Shown: piece after piece, positions 29,212-41,669 of the stretch
How the letters are laid out: each line of letters starts with the position of its first letter
How positions within the stretch are numbered: the first letter of the stretch is position 1
Made by a program: the position numbers and the translations under genes
Notes under the pieces: model-generated
What the model saw: only the letters and a program-made list of their open reading frames with translations
Databases searched by the model: none
Told to the model about the DNA's origin: nothing
Source: Eledone cirrhosa
Lineage: Eukaryota
DNA length: 64,000 bases
Assembly: GCA_964016885.1 (NCBI GenBank)
Contig: OZ024742.1
Span: forward strand, 347,944,001-348,008,000
Reading direction: 5' to 3'

Positions 29212-30830
29212 AAATAATAATAATTAAATTATTGTGTAAAGTGCTCAGGTGCACTACAACTCGTTAAAGGTGCATGTATAGTACATAGAATAATATACAA
29301 ATATCAGGGAAGTGGATAGTGTATGAGTCATGATATACATGTGTGTATGTGTATGGAGGGGGAATATTAGGTGTAGTTTTGGCGAATCTCAGGAAGCATG
29401 GAGGTTTTAAAGGATGCAGTGTTTCAACAGCTAACAACTGATGCAGGTAGTTTGTTCCATGCTTCAGCAACTCTGAGCGTAAAAAGATGTTTCCGAAAGT
29501 CATGGGAACTGTGCTGTTTTCTTACTTTGTGGGCATGTCCATGTGGGTTAGACACATGGAAATCAAAAAGGTACTCAGGGTTGTTGTTGGCAAGATGGTT
29601 AATAATTTTGTGGGTGTTTACCAAGTCAGTTACCAGACGTCGGAACTTCAATGTATCCATGCCCAGGGAAGCAAGGCGTTCAGAGTATGGTAGATGCCTG
29701 ATGGAGGGTATTCGCTTGGTTGCACGTCTCTGAACAGTTTCCAGGCGGTCAATGTTCTGAGCAAGATAGGGGTTCCAGACTGGTGATGCAAATTCTAAGT
29801 GTGGCCGCACTATGGCTATGTACAGCTTTAAATAGATAGCTGGAGAGCGGCTGACAAATGTCTTGCTGAGTGATGCTAAGACACCCTCGGCCTTCTTGAC
29901 AATTTTAGGGACGTGCTTTGTCCAACACAAATCGCTGCTGACCGTAATGCCCAGGTCACATTCACAAGAAGACTTCTTGATATTAGTGTTGTGGAGGGAG
30001 TATGTTGACGCTGGGTTTTTACTCCCAAAATACATGTTGGTGCACTTGTCCACAGCTAGCTTGAGTTGCAAGTCTGTGATCCATTGTTGCATTGTGTCCA
30101 GGTCAGATTGCAGGCAAGATCTATAGTGTTCAGGATCTGTCCTTTTTATCTCAAGGTACAGCTTGATGTCATCTGCATATTTCAGTACTCTGGCATTCTT
30201 TAAGTTGGCATCTATGTCATTAATATATGCCACAAACAAAAAGGGGCCAAGAAAAGATCCCTGTGGTACACCAGATGACATCTCATGTGGTGAGGAATGC
30301 TGTCCCAGAACCCTGACTACCTCTCTTTGACTGAGAATGAAGGACTTCAACCAGTTAAAAACATCATACTTCACATCCATTGCAAAGAGTTTTGCCATAA
30401 GCCTTTTGTGTGGCACAGAATTGAAAGCTTTAGCAAAGTCAAGGTAAACAACATCCACCCATGAGCTGCCATCAGTGATCCGGGTGATGTCTTCAAGAAA
30501 CTCAATAAGTTGATCACAGCAGCTGGAGTTAGGGATAAATCCAAAGTGCGAGGGCCGGATAAGACTGTGAGGTTCCAGAGTGTTTCTCTGACACAGGATT
30601 CCATCAGTTTGACAATGCAGCTAGTAAGACTGACTGGACGATAGTTCACAGGTGATGTGCGGTTACCCTTTTTAAACAGAGGAATGACACTGGCAGTTTT
30701 CTACTGTTCTGAAGTAGCACCGTTGTTCGGACAGAATTGGAAGAAGCGTGATAGCTGGTGCAGAAGGAAGTACCCACCACGTTTGAGAAGCAGGTACGTA
30801 ATACCATTAAGACCAGGAGAGGCATGGTTG
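29212..30830 (-). mobile_element. CR1-like LINE, 5'-truncated
   Basis: NYRPVSL, YLDFAKAF, GVPQGS, YADD, RPHLEF, VQRRATK; (TAT)n tail. Same family as 41670-44487. Confidence 0.92.
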
Positions 30831-30839
30831 CATTTATTT

Positions 30840-31110
30840 TTCTGACTCGTCACACTTGTCCAAAACCTTCACCACCTTACCATAGTGTAACTGCAAAACA
30901 ATTGTGATGAATCTGTTACAGCAACCAAACTTTTCCATTATTTTTCATAGGCCATCTCTGCTGACAGTATCAAATGTCTTATTGAGATCAACAAACCTCA
31001 TGAATGGGTCGTTGTGCTGCTCCTGGCAGTTTTCCTGGAGTTGATGTGCAGTAAATACCATATCAGCTGTGCCACACTGTGTAGAGAGATCACACTAGTC
31101 TTCTTGGAGG
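30840..31110 (-). mobile_element. BovB-like RTE RT fragment, probable upstream part of 27750-28472
   Basis: Minus strand reads GTADMVFTAHQLQENCQEQ..FVDLNKTFDTVSRDGL and RFITIVLQLH. Confidence 0.7.
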
Positions 31111-31289
31111 AGACCTTGCTGAAGGTGCACATTATACATATATACATGCTTACACACACATGGTGATTGCTTCATCTTTGCAGATGATTGCCGTTTACCT
31201 AAGCAACCCAACTCCAAATGTCCGTTTTTTAAGTCCAGCTGCAGATTTGCACGATCTGCAGTCAATGTGATAGACAAAAGATGTACCCT

Positions 31290-31760
31290 CATATCACTTT
31301 TAAGACCAGAAATTGATTTGCATATTTTTTTTGTACACCATGCATACTATCTCACCTAGTATTGGAAGGATAGTGCTGCATACAGTCGGCTTTTCATGTG
31401 ATTTAAAATGAATGGTGTATCCAGGTTTATAGAGCAGTCGATGACTACACACATCACAACTCCTGCTCCTTATGTTCTTATTGAGGGTCATACTGTGGCT
31501 TTTTCAAAGCTGACATTTAAGTCTTTCATGGTCAAGATGTCTCTCTTCAAACATTCTGCAACCTTCCTTCACATGTCCTCTCCATTCATCCCTCTTTAAA
31601 TCAAGCACTTCCCAGTTCTGAACTTCAAACTGTAGATCTTTAAGGTTGTTTTTTATGCAATCGTTATGTCTGTTTCTTAGTTTATGCTGAGGGCATAAAG
31701 CCAACAACATTACTACATCTGCCATGTCGAAGCGAACAATGATATCAAACCCAAACCAAC
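31290..31760 (-). mobile_element. BovB-like RTE C-terminal remnant with C2H2-like finger
   Basis: DCIKNNLK..NWEVLDLKRDEWRGHVKEG..FE; CDVCS..HFKSH. Confidence 0.65.
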
Positions 31761-31874
31761 TCTTATCACGCTACATCAAAAACAATACATTCTATGGCTA
31801 CATCTAACATATATACTGCCACTAAATGAGTCATCACCTGGATGCCGCCTGGTTCCCTTAGAGTGTAAAAAGTT

Positions 31875-32112
31875 AAGGACTGAAACACTCACTTGAGAGG
31901 GTTTTCTTTTCTGAAGACCATCTGCTGTCCAGCTGTCCTGAGAATTTCTTACCACTGACATCAGCAGGAGGGCACCCAGGAGTCATGATCTTGATGCAGC
32001 CCAGCCCCTTTAGAGTATAAGATGTTTAGGGCTGAAACACTCGCTTGAGGGGTAGGGGTTCTTCTCTGAAGACCTTCAGCTGTCTAGCTCTCCTGAGAGA
32101 TTTTTTACCATT
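31875..32112 (+). repeat. Diverged direct duplication, about 80-bp cores with about 153-bp spacing
   Basis: AGG.CTGAAACACTC.CTTGAG..CTGAAGACC..GCTGTC.AGCT.TCCTGAGA..TTACCA occurs twice. Confidence 0.7.
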
Positions 32113-32460
32113 AATGTTATGTTAATCTCATGATAAAAAGATATTATAATTTGTATATAGTTTTCCTTGCGTTATTTAACACAGTAATCTTTTAGCTCTT
32201 CTGATGCCTTCATATTTATGATATTCTCTTGCACGTGTTCACTACATTTGGAAGAAATTAACTGTTTTGAAAGCTGTAGAAATATCTACTATTTCAAATC
32301 AAGCCATTTACTGAGGGAGGTCTAATTACGGTTATCTCCCTTTGAAAGACAACACTTATAATAGAGAGAAAAAAAAAAGAAATGGCGTTTGATAGATAAA
32401 CACGATTGGATTACATGGTATCAATTGACCAGTCATTTCCGATGCTCATTTCATATATAT

Positions 32461-33300
32461 GTACATCTGTTCTGTTGTGAGGTACATCTGTTCTGTTGTG
32501 ATGTACATCTGTTCTGTTGTGATGTACATCTGTTCTGGTGTAATGTACATATGCTCTGTTGTAATGTACATCTGTTCTGTTGTGGTGTAGAGCTGTTCTG
32601 TTGTGATGTACATCTGTTCTGGTGTAATGTACATCTGTTTTGTTGTGGTGTACATCTGTTCTGTTGTGATGTACATATGTTGTGATGTACATCTGTTCTG
32701 GTGTAATGTACATCTCTTCTGTTGTGGTGTACATCTGTTCTGTTGTGATGTATATCTGTTCTGTTGTGATGTACATCTGCCTGTTGTGATGTACATCTGT
32801 TCTATTGTGATATACCTATGTTCTGTTGTGATGTACCTATGTTCTGTTGTGATGTACATCTGTTCTGTTGTGATGTACCTATGTTCTGTTGTGATGTACA
32901 TATGTTCTGTTGTGATGTACCTATGTTCTGTTGTGATGTACATCTGTTCTGTTGTGATGTACCTATGTTCTGTTGTGATGTACATATGTTCTGTTGTGAT
33001 GCACCTATGTTCTGTTGTGATGTACATCTGTTCTGTTGTGATGTACCTATGTTCTGTTGTGATGTACCTATGTTCTGTTGTGATGTACATATGTTCTGTT
33101 GTGATGTACCTATGTTCTGTTGTGATGTACCTATGTTCTGTTGTGATGTACATATGTTCTGTTGTGATGTACCTATGTTCTGTTGTGATGTACCTATGTT
33201 CTGTTGTGATGTACCTATGTTCTGTTGTGATGTACATATGTTCTGTTGTGATGTACCTATGTTCTGTTGTGATGTACCTATGTTCTGTTGTGATGTACAT
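32461..33300. repeat. 21-bp minisatellite, about 40 copies
   Basis: Unit TGTTCTGTTGTGATGTAC(ATC/CTA/ATA). Confidence 0.97.
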
Positions 33301-33771
33301 ATATCAAGATTTGCCAGAGTTACCAAATGTAACAGTAGTTAAGATGTTTGTTGTAACCAGATGTAACTTTTATCAGTGATTTGATTGGTCAGTTGTTCCT
33401 TGTAGTGTGGTAGAATTTATAGGAGTAACTGTTGGCTTGATGGCTATTTCATGAGTTGCTCTCCCTCACATATAAAATGATGTGTGACTGTTTGTAATTT
33501 ATGGCAAATGAATTCTGTGTGTCAAGGAGTCGAAAGGAATGGTTGCCATAACCAGTTGCCATTGGACAATAACCAATATGATACTGGCTGAGACTTCCCT
33601 CAGCTTTCATGTCTTTCTCTTCTAGGTTACCTTCTGTGTTTGAGTTTGTCTAGCTCTAACTTTAAAGTCGCTACCTACTATGTTATGTTGGGAGGTGCAT
33701 TCCTCACCAGGAAGGGATTTTGTGTTTACAACCATCCATTTATCTTATCTTCTAGTGAGGATAAAATCTAT

Positions 33772-33990
33772 TTGACAAGACCAGATGTTCTTTGATAACA
33801 TGAGAGAGTCCTTGACAAGATGAGAGAGTCCTGGCTATGACAAGAGGGCCCATGACAAGATGAGATGATCTTGGCCTAGACCAGAGGGTCCTTGACAAGA
33901 TGAGGTGGTCCTAGCCATGACAAAAGGGTCCTCAACAAGATGAGATAGTCCTGGCCAAGACCAGAGGGTCTACAACATAACCAGATGGTC
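33772..33990. repeat. Diverged ~40-bp minisatellite, about 5 copies
   Basis: Unit resembles TGACAAGATGAGATAGTCCTGGCCATGACCAGAGGGTCCT. Confidence 0.8.
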
Positions 33991-34239
33991 CTCTCTACCC
34001 TCAGATGATTCCATTCCTTTGTCAGCCAATGCCATACATTGGTGGGTGTCAACTTCTCTATATAAAATAAAGTCACAAAAAATGTTTAAATAAATAATTG
34101 ATAATAATAAATTAATTCCAATAGATATTTGACCAAGTATCACCTAAGGTAGAGAGAATACTTTGCTGATCTCCTGAATCCAATCACAACAGTATCTTTT
34201 TATGTACACGCAGTGCATCTGGGAGCGGTGACTAATCTC

Positions 34240-37200
34240 TCTGAGACTGAGGCCAGAAGAGCTCAAATGTCGCAAGGCCGCTGTGGAAGATGAAATTTGG
34301 CTTGAGATGTTAAAAGCCTTAAATAGAGAAGGTATTTTCTGGCTGACTCATGTGTGTTGTGTGCCCTGGATCACTGGAAGGGCACCTAAGCAATCCTAAT
34401 TGGGAGTCATCATCATCATCATCACCATTTTACATCCGTTCTTCCACGCTAGCATGGGTTAGATGGGTTGTCCTGTTGTGGGCAGTGTCTGGTCGGCTGA
34501 CCATGCCTTGCTCATACAGGAACTGATTTGGCTTAATTTCTACAGCTGGATGCCCTTCCTAACACCAACCTCATTTACAGTGAGTGCTGGGTGCTTTTTC
34601 GTGGCACCTACACGTCCACTTTACAGTGTGGGCTGGGTGCTTTTTTGCCGTGGCACCTCCACGACCACCTTTCAGTGGGAGGGTGTGGGGGCATATTGTC
34701 TATATGCTTCAGCTTGTACCCATGGGAGGTCGGGTACTCTGTATTACTGCGTGACGCCAGAGGTCACGGTCGTGTGTCATCGCCTTTGAGAGGTGTAATT
34801 GGGTAAGGTCGGCTTTTATCACCTCATCCCAGGTCTTCTTGGGTCTCCCTACTCTGCAGTTTCCATTGACTTCTAGTGCTCTGCACCTTTTTATGCAGCT
34901 GTCATCCTTCATACACATCACATATCCATACCAATGCAACCGCCTCTCCTGCACACAGCATTTGATTCCTCTTATGCTCAGTCTCTCTCTCAATTCATTT
35001 ATGCTTTGTCGTTTGCGTATATTACTATTACACATCCATCGGAGCATGCAGGCTTCGTTTCTCTCTAATCTATGTAAGTCTTCCACCTTCAGCGCCCAGG
35101 TCTCACTACCATGTAACATTGCTGTTCGGATACACACATCATACAGTCTGCCTTTCATTTTGAGGGAGAAGCCTTTTGCAGCTAGCAGTGGCAGTAGTTC
35201 CCTGAACTTCTTCCATCCCGTTCTTACCCTAGTTATTGTACTTTCTGAACACCCACCTCCACTGCTAATTCGGTCACCTAGGTAGCAGAAGCTGTCTACT
35301 GTCTCTACAGAGCCCTCCCAGAGATTGGTGGTACTTGTTTCCTGTGGCTGTCTGCTGCTTGCTGTCCCAGCACAGCTGTTGCATGTGAAGCCTACATTCT
35401 TAATTAAGCTTCCTGAGATCCCGCTACATCTCTTGTGTACCCATTGTTTGCATTTGGGGCAGAGAATGGAGTTCCTACCTACACCTTTCCTACATACTGA
35501 GCAAGGCCATTTCCCTGAGGGGATCTGGGTTCTGTTTTCTCGTCTACTTACAAGGACCTTAGTCTTTGTCATGTTGACTTTGAGACCCTTTCTTTCTAGT
35601 CCCTGCTTCCAAGTTTGGAATTTCTTCTCTAGTTCTACCATAGATTCAGCTATAAGTGCAAGGTCATCAGCATACAGGAGTTCCCATGGGCATCCGGTCT
35701 TAAACTCCTCCGTTATTGCCTGCAGGACTATGATGAACAGGAGAAGGCTAAGAACAGAGCCCTGGTGGACACCAACCTGTACGCTAAATTCCTCGCTATA
35801 GTCATTGCTAATCCTAACTTTGCTGACTGCTCCCCTATACATGGCGTCTACAGCTTTCACAAGCCATTCATCTACTCCTAGTTTTCTAAGAGCCCACCAG
35901 ATTACAGGACGTAGAACTATGTCAAAAGCTTTCTTGAGATCGACGAATGCCAGGTAGAGTGGCTTACTTTTAGCTAGGTACTTTTCCTGTAACTGCCTCA
36001 CAAGGAAGAGGGCATCAGTGGTACAAACCCAAATTGCCTCACAAGGAAGAGGGTATCAGTGGTACAAAGCCAAATTGCATCTCATCTAGTTTCACCCGGT
36101 CCCTAATCAACTGTGCTATAACTCTTTCTGTTACTTTCATGACCTGGTCCATCAGCTTTATACCTCTATAGTTTCCTCTATCGAGTGCATCACCTTTACC
36201 TTTGTAGCAGTTGACAATGATGCTACTGCACCAATCTTTTGGTATGACACCTGGTTAACAATACGTGTGGTTATAGTGTGACCTACAGACCCAGATGTCT
36301 TCAGCATCTCGGCAGCTATACCCGATGGACCGGTTGCTTTCCCCATCTTCATATCTTTGATTGCCTTACTTACTACTCTGCTGCTGACTTGTACTGCTGG
36401 CCCCTCTATAGGGTCTACTTGGGGTAGGGTCTCTTCTTCCCATGCATTCTCCTCATTTAGTAATTTATCATAATGACTCTTCCATTCATCTTTCTTCTCA
36501 GCACTTGTGAGGGCAAGCTCACCTTTATCATTCCGGATACACTTCTCTCCAATGACATCACAATTCTCTCTGACACACTGCCTCGCAATCTTGAACACCT
36601 CCTGTTTCTGGTCCTCACGTTGCAAAACATGCTTGAATTTTCTATCCTCTGCTTCCCTCCTAGCTAAGTATACTTGTCGCCTAGCTTCCCTCTTGGTCTT
36701 TAAGTAATGTACCCTGCTCCCCCCGTTCTTCCATTCTTTCCATGCCTGTCTCTTGGCCTTAACTGCCTCATCTACCTTATTGTTCCACCACCAAGTCACT
36801 CTCCTCCTGCTTGTGGTCTTACTCCAGCCACAGACCTCATCCGTCGCCTCTAGTAAGTTATTTTTTAGGAACTCCCAGTGCTCTTCTACATTGAATGTCT
36901 CTATCTGTTCTTCTCTACTGTTGTAGGCGTTGAGTAAAATATCTTTAAATCTGTTACTGGCTGAGGGGTCTTTCAGGTTCCAGATCTTTCTTCTCCAGGT
37001 TGGCCTCTGTTTCCAGGTTTGTCTAGTTCTACCGTGAGGTCGCTGACAACTAAGCTATGTTGGGATGTACATTCCTCACTAGGGAAGGCTGTTGTGTTTA
37101 CAACCGTCCATCTGTCACATCCTCTGATGAGGATAAAATCTATCTGACTAGAATGCTCCCCTGATCTATAGGTGATCAGGTGGTTGTCGGGTTTTTTGAA

Positions 37201-38984
37201 GTTTGTGTTACATATTGACATGTCATTGGCGTCGCAGAACTCTAGAAGTCTGAATCCTTCTTCATTTCTTGTGCCAACCCCATGGCCTCCATGGACTCGA
37301 TTGAAGCCGTCACAGTGTTTACCTACATGTCCGTTAAAATCTTCTGCGATGATTAGGAAGTCATTGTCGTTTGTTAGAGCAGTAGTGTGCATTAGGGACT
37401 CGTAAAATCTATCCTTAAGTTTGTCTGGCAACCCCAATTGGGGTGCGTAAACTGATATTATTGTGGTAATTGTTTTATTCAGGACTAGTCTGAATTTAAT
37501 GATTCTTGCATTTACCCTGTACACTGAGATTACTTTATCTACCCACTTGTCAGCTAGTAGTATACCTACACCACCCATCCCATCATCATTTCCCACCCAG
37601 AAAAATTTGTAGCACTGACTTTTTCCTACAAGGACTCTAGCAGATTCTCCTCTCCATCTAGTCTCTTGCACACAGCAACAACAATTTCCTTTCGCTCTAG
37701 CATTTCTACGATTTCTCCTGCTCTTCCTTTCATTGTGCTTACATTGATGGTACCAACTCGGAGTTTTGGGCATTTGTCGACACTCGTAGGGAAGGGTCGA
37801 TTTTTGCAGGGGTGTGTGTGTGCTTCCTCTCTCTGGATTGGGGCTTCACATGAGTGATAATCCCAATTTTCAAAAAGGGAGACAAGAGAAATTGCTTCTT
37901 AAAAAGGATCTCTTTGTTAAGCCACCCCCAAAAGACTATGCTAAGTGTCTGGCAAAGAGATGTAGTGAGATTGTTGAGTCCAAGCTAGTTGACAAGCTGT
38001 GGTTTTTATCCCAGACGCAGCATAGCCAACCAAATATTCACACCACGGCAAGTCTTTGAGAAAACATGGGAGTACTGCCAAGATGTGTATTCTTGCTTTG
38101 TCGACCTTGAAGAAGTAGATGACCGCATTCCACTGGACCTGCTGTGCAAGGTTGTGCAGGAGTATGGGACTGGTGGTCAGCTTCTTGCTACCCTGATGTC
38201 TCTATATGAATGCCCAAGTATTTGTCTTCAGATAATTGGTGCTAAATTAAAACCATTCAATGTGGGAGTCAGACTCCACCAAAGGTGGGTGTGTACTGTC
38301 ACCTATCCTGTTCATTATTTACATGAACAGGATTGACATGTGCAGACAGGCTGAAAGAGGTATCATGACTATCAGTTGTAGAATCAGTTGGCTGGAATTT
38401 GCAGATGACATGGTGTTACTTAACTTGACAGAGGGTGATCTCTGATATGAACTTGATAGCATTCTGTAATCAGAAGAAAGGAGGTAGGTGTAAAAGCCAA
38501 ACTCATTATCTTCAGTTCGGTATTTGTGCCAACCCTTACTTATGGTCATGAATCTTGAGTATTGACCAAAAGAATTTGATCGCAAAATAGGGTACCTTCA
38601 TAGGGTCTTTGCCGTAATGTTACTTCTTAGAGTGCATAGCTCAGAGATCAGAGAATCACTCCAAATAGAACTGCTACTTCTCCGAATTGAGAGATCACAA
38701 CTCCGATATTACATGTATGTGGTTAGAATGTCTCAGGAAAGAATCACTGGACAGATCTTATGAGCAAAACCAACTGGCAGGAGACCCAGGGTAGACTCTG
38801 AGGCAGATGATTGGATAACATCCATGAACTTGGCTGGTCTTGTTTGGAGATACAGCTGAATCAGTTGGAGATGGTTGCTTCTGACGGGCCCGATGGAAGG
38901 AGTGCTTGAGTATACTGCTCCCATGACCCTTTCAGGAATAAGTGGGTGATGAAGAAGAAGAAGAAGAAGAAGAAGAAGAAGAAG
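34240..38984 (+). mobile_element. Expander/Rex3-like RTE (family B), split by a nested RTE-A insertion
   Basis: KAAVEDEIWLEMLKAL..WLTH..GV (34265-34407) resumes as IIPIFKKGD at 37856, then FVDLEE, GCVLSPILF, FADD; (GAA)n tail at 38951-38983. Confidence 0.85.
34408..37851 (-). mobile_element. Near full-length RTE family A (APE + RT + PHD-like insert), frameshifted
   Basis: VQETRW, GVGILL, SVYAP, DFNGHVG, QIDFIL (APE); ORFs 36799-36158 and 36001-34709 (YADD); (GAT)n tail; GAGT on both flanks. Confidence 0.95.
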
Positions 38985-38987
38985 GAG

Positions 38988-39180
38988 ATAATAAATAATT
39001 GTTTCTATTTTAGGCACAAGGCCAGCAAATACGCAGTACATTACTGGTATTTTATTTTATCGACCCCATATGGATGAAAGGCAAAGTCAACCTCAATGGG
39101 ATTTGAACTCAGATCGTAAAGGGACGTAACTATACTGGAAAGCATGGCGTCCGACTCTCTACCGATACTGCCAATCCACC
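38988..39180 (-). mobile_element. tRNA-derived SINE family 2
   Basis: A-box-like TGGCAGTATCGG, B box GAGTTCAAATCC, core GTTGACTTTGCCTTTCATCC..GGGGTCGATAAA, tail AGAAACAATTATTATT. Confidence 0.88.
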
Positions 39181-39274
39181 AATAAATAATGGCTTCTATC
39201 TACAAGTAAATATTGGAATTTGATAAAGAAATCTGTAGCAGGTTGGAAAAGTCAATATATGAAAATAGTAGGAA

Positions 39275-39420
39275 CGTTGTAGTGGTGGCAGTGGTTGGTG
39301 GTGTTGATAGTAGTGGTGGCAATGGTGGCAGTGGTGGTGTTGGTAGGAGTGGTGGTGGTGTTGTTGAAAGGAGTGGTGGCAGTGTTGTTGGTAATTGTGT
39401 TGGTAGTAGTGGTATTGGGG
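39275..39420. repeat. Degenerate (GGT)n microsatellite
   Basis: Directly visible. Confidence 0.75.
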
Positions 39421-40004
39421 AGATTATTGTACTAGATGATTCTACAGTTTTATATATGACCTCAGGTTGTCCAATTTACTAGACAAGAATCTGTTGTATA
39501 TATATGTGTGTCTGCATGTGTGTGTGTGTGCATGTTTGTGTATATATACGTGTGTGCATGTGCACCACACATATATATCGAATCATTCTTCCACCTTCTA
39601 TCTTATAAACCTCCCCCCCCCCCCCCCCGCCTGAGATGCAGATCATCACTCCATCTTTACAAATCTAATTGTTAGGCACCAATACAATACAGCAGACCAG
39701 ATGTTTGCTAGAGAGCAATCTCTCTCTCTTTTATACTTTTTATTTTATTTCTTCAAAGGAAAGATTCAGCACTAGTTACTTATTTAATCAAAGTAAATGT
39801 CAGTATAGAGCTAGTAAACCATGATTGATTGGGAGAAGGATGTAGTACTCTTTAGAATTAAAGGTAAGGATGTGAAGGATAACAGGGGGTAAAAGAAGCA
39901 TAGATAAGAAAAACAGTGAAAAAGAAAGACAACCATAAAGCAACTAAAGTTGGAGAATCTTTTTGTAGTCTCCATGTGCTGGAAGATTTTGTTTATGGTT
40001 GGTA

Positions 40005-40206
40005 ATCCCAGTGGAAGGAAGCTGCAGTAGAGGAAGATCAAGGAAGACCTGGACAGAGATGGTGAGAGATGATCTCAAATAACTGAAACTCACGGAGGAA
40101 TTAACAAAGAAATGAGACAAATGCTGTGCTGAAAAAGACCCTTCCAAACCATGCATGTGTGGAAAACTGGAGGTAAAAATGGTGATGATGATGATGATGA
40201 TGATGA
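40005..40206 (+). mobile_element. Old RTE 3' end
   Basis: GSCSRGRSRKTWTEMVRDDLK-like codons followed by a (GAT)n tail. Confidence 0.7.
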
Positions 40207-40419
40207 GATCCTTACCAGTATATTGTACCTCCAATCTTGATAGTTTTTTAAAGACCAGCTCTCTCTCAGACTGGTAATTTTTACATTTGGATAAATAGTA
40301 CCTTAGAGTTTCTGGGTAGTCTCTGCAATAACCTTATATCTAATTTTTTTCTTAGTTCATTACATGTCTATACCAGCTCAGTCTTCTCTCTTACACACTA
40401 CATCTGATTCCTCTTATTT

Positions 40420-40762
40420 GATAGAGTGCGTAGCTCGGAGATCAGAGTGTCACTTCAGGTAGAGCCGCTACCTCTTCAAATTGACAACTTCTCCATACTA
40501 TGGACATGTGGTTAGAATGTCCCAGGAAAGAATCGCTGGACAGATTTTATGGGCAAAACCAACTAGCAGGAGACCCAGAGGTAGACCCGAGCAAGATGGT
40601 TGGATAACATCTATGAGTTTGGCAGGTCTCACTTGGGGATCCAGCCGGATCAGTTGGAGATGGTTGCTTCTGACAGGACCCGCTGGAAGGAGTGTTTGAG
40701 GCCTCAGCTCCCACAACCCTCTCAGGAATAAGTGGGCGAGGAACAAGAAGAAAGAAGAAAAA
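40420..40762 (+). mobile_element. RTE family B 3' fragment
   Basis: Similar to 38630-38984; YYGHVVRMSQER..RRPRGRP; GAA-rich tail. Confidence 0.85.
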
Positions 40763-41029
40763 GTTAAATAAAACTGATTTATATGACCTTAGCAGAATTT
40801 GTAGAAGAATTTTGTTCAATTATTTCTTGAAGTGGTGCTGAATGAATGTGGGTGGGGGGAGTTGAAAAGAGGAAAACAAACTTGATTAAGAGAATCAGAA
40901 AAAATAAACAAAATTTGTTGTATTTTATTTTGTTTTATCTGTGGACATTTTGGAGTGATATTTGTGTGACAAGTGACATGATGACATTACTTGAGACTGT
41001 GTTGACACTAAAGTAATTTACATTTGATG

Positions 41030-41440
41030 TTCTGTGGTAAATAATATATAGATATATACAGATCCAAACACAATGAAACCAAACTCCCACTGTCACTGCC
41101 TCTGTCTCTCCCCCCACACTATTGCGAGGAAGTGGGACCCACGTGCTGGCTGCCTCTCGGTCCCGGCAGACTGAATAGAGAAGGCATTTCTCCCGGAAGA
41201 TGGTGAGGGAGAGGTGCTGGAAGAGCCATTCCAGCTTGCAAGGCTCACACCTGTGGCTAGTCAACTCTGCACCGATGGTGGTGAGTAGTGAGGTGGTCCT
41301 AGGGCCAAAGACAACAAGAAGTCTCATCTGGCACAGGTTCGACCGCAAACCTGTTGGAAAGCAACAGATATTTGGAGAGTTTACCCTCCTCAGCCTGAAG
41401 TGCAGTAGAGTCTGGGTTTGTGAGTTTCCACCAGTAATAG
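41030..41440 (-). mobile_element. Second CRE-like remnant (RLE C-terminus)
   Basis: AEEGKLSKY..EPVPDET, then VFGP..WLFQHLSLTIFR, matching the C-terminus of ORF 21876-21334. Confidence 0.7.
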
Positions 41441-41669
41441 TGCGTGAGTGTGTGTGTATGTATGTGTGTGTATGTATCTGTCTGAGTCTGTGCTTGTTTT
41501 ATCTCTTTTCAATTCAAATTTATTTTGGACTGGTCATATTCCTGTTTGTAAAGAAAAGGAAATTTCCATTGTCCTTTGTACAATCATTGTATGTATGTGT
41601 GTATGTAAGAATGTATGTGTCTGTGCATATGTATATGTATGTATGTGTATATATATGGGCACATTCTTT

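Noticed and set aside
31875-32112. GAAAC...CTGAAGA as a type II hammerhead
   Set aside because: Stems I and II do not pair convincingly.
32461-33300. CRISPR-like array
   Set aside because: Contiguous tandem units with no spacers or cas genes; eukaryotic context.
40935-41348. GC-rich ORF as a host exon
   Set aside because: Matches the C-terminus of the CRE-like retrotransposon protein.
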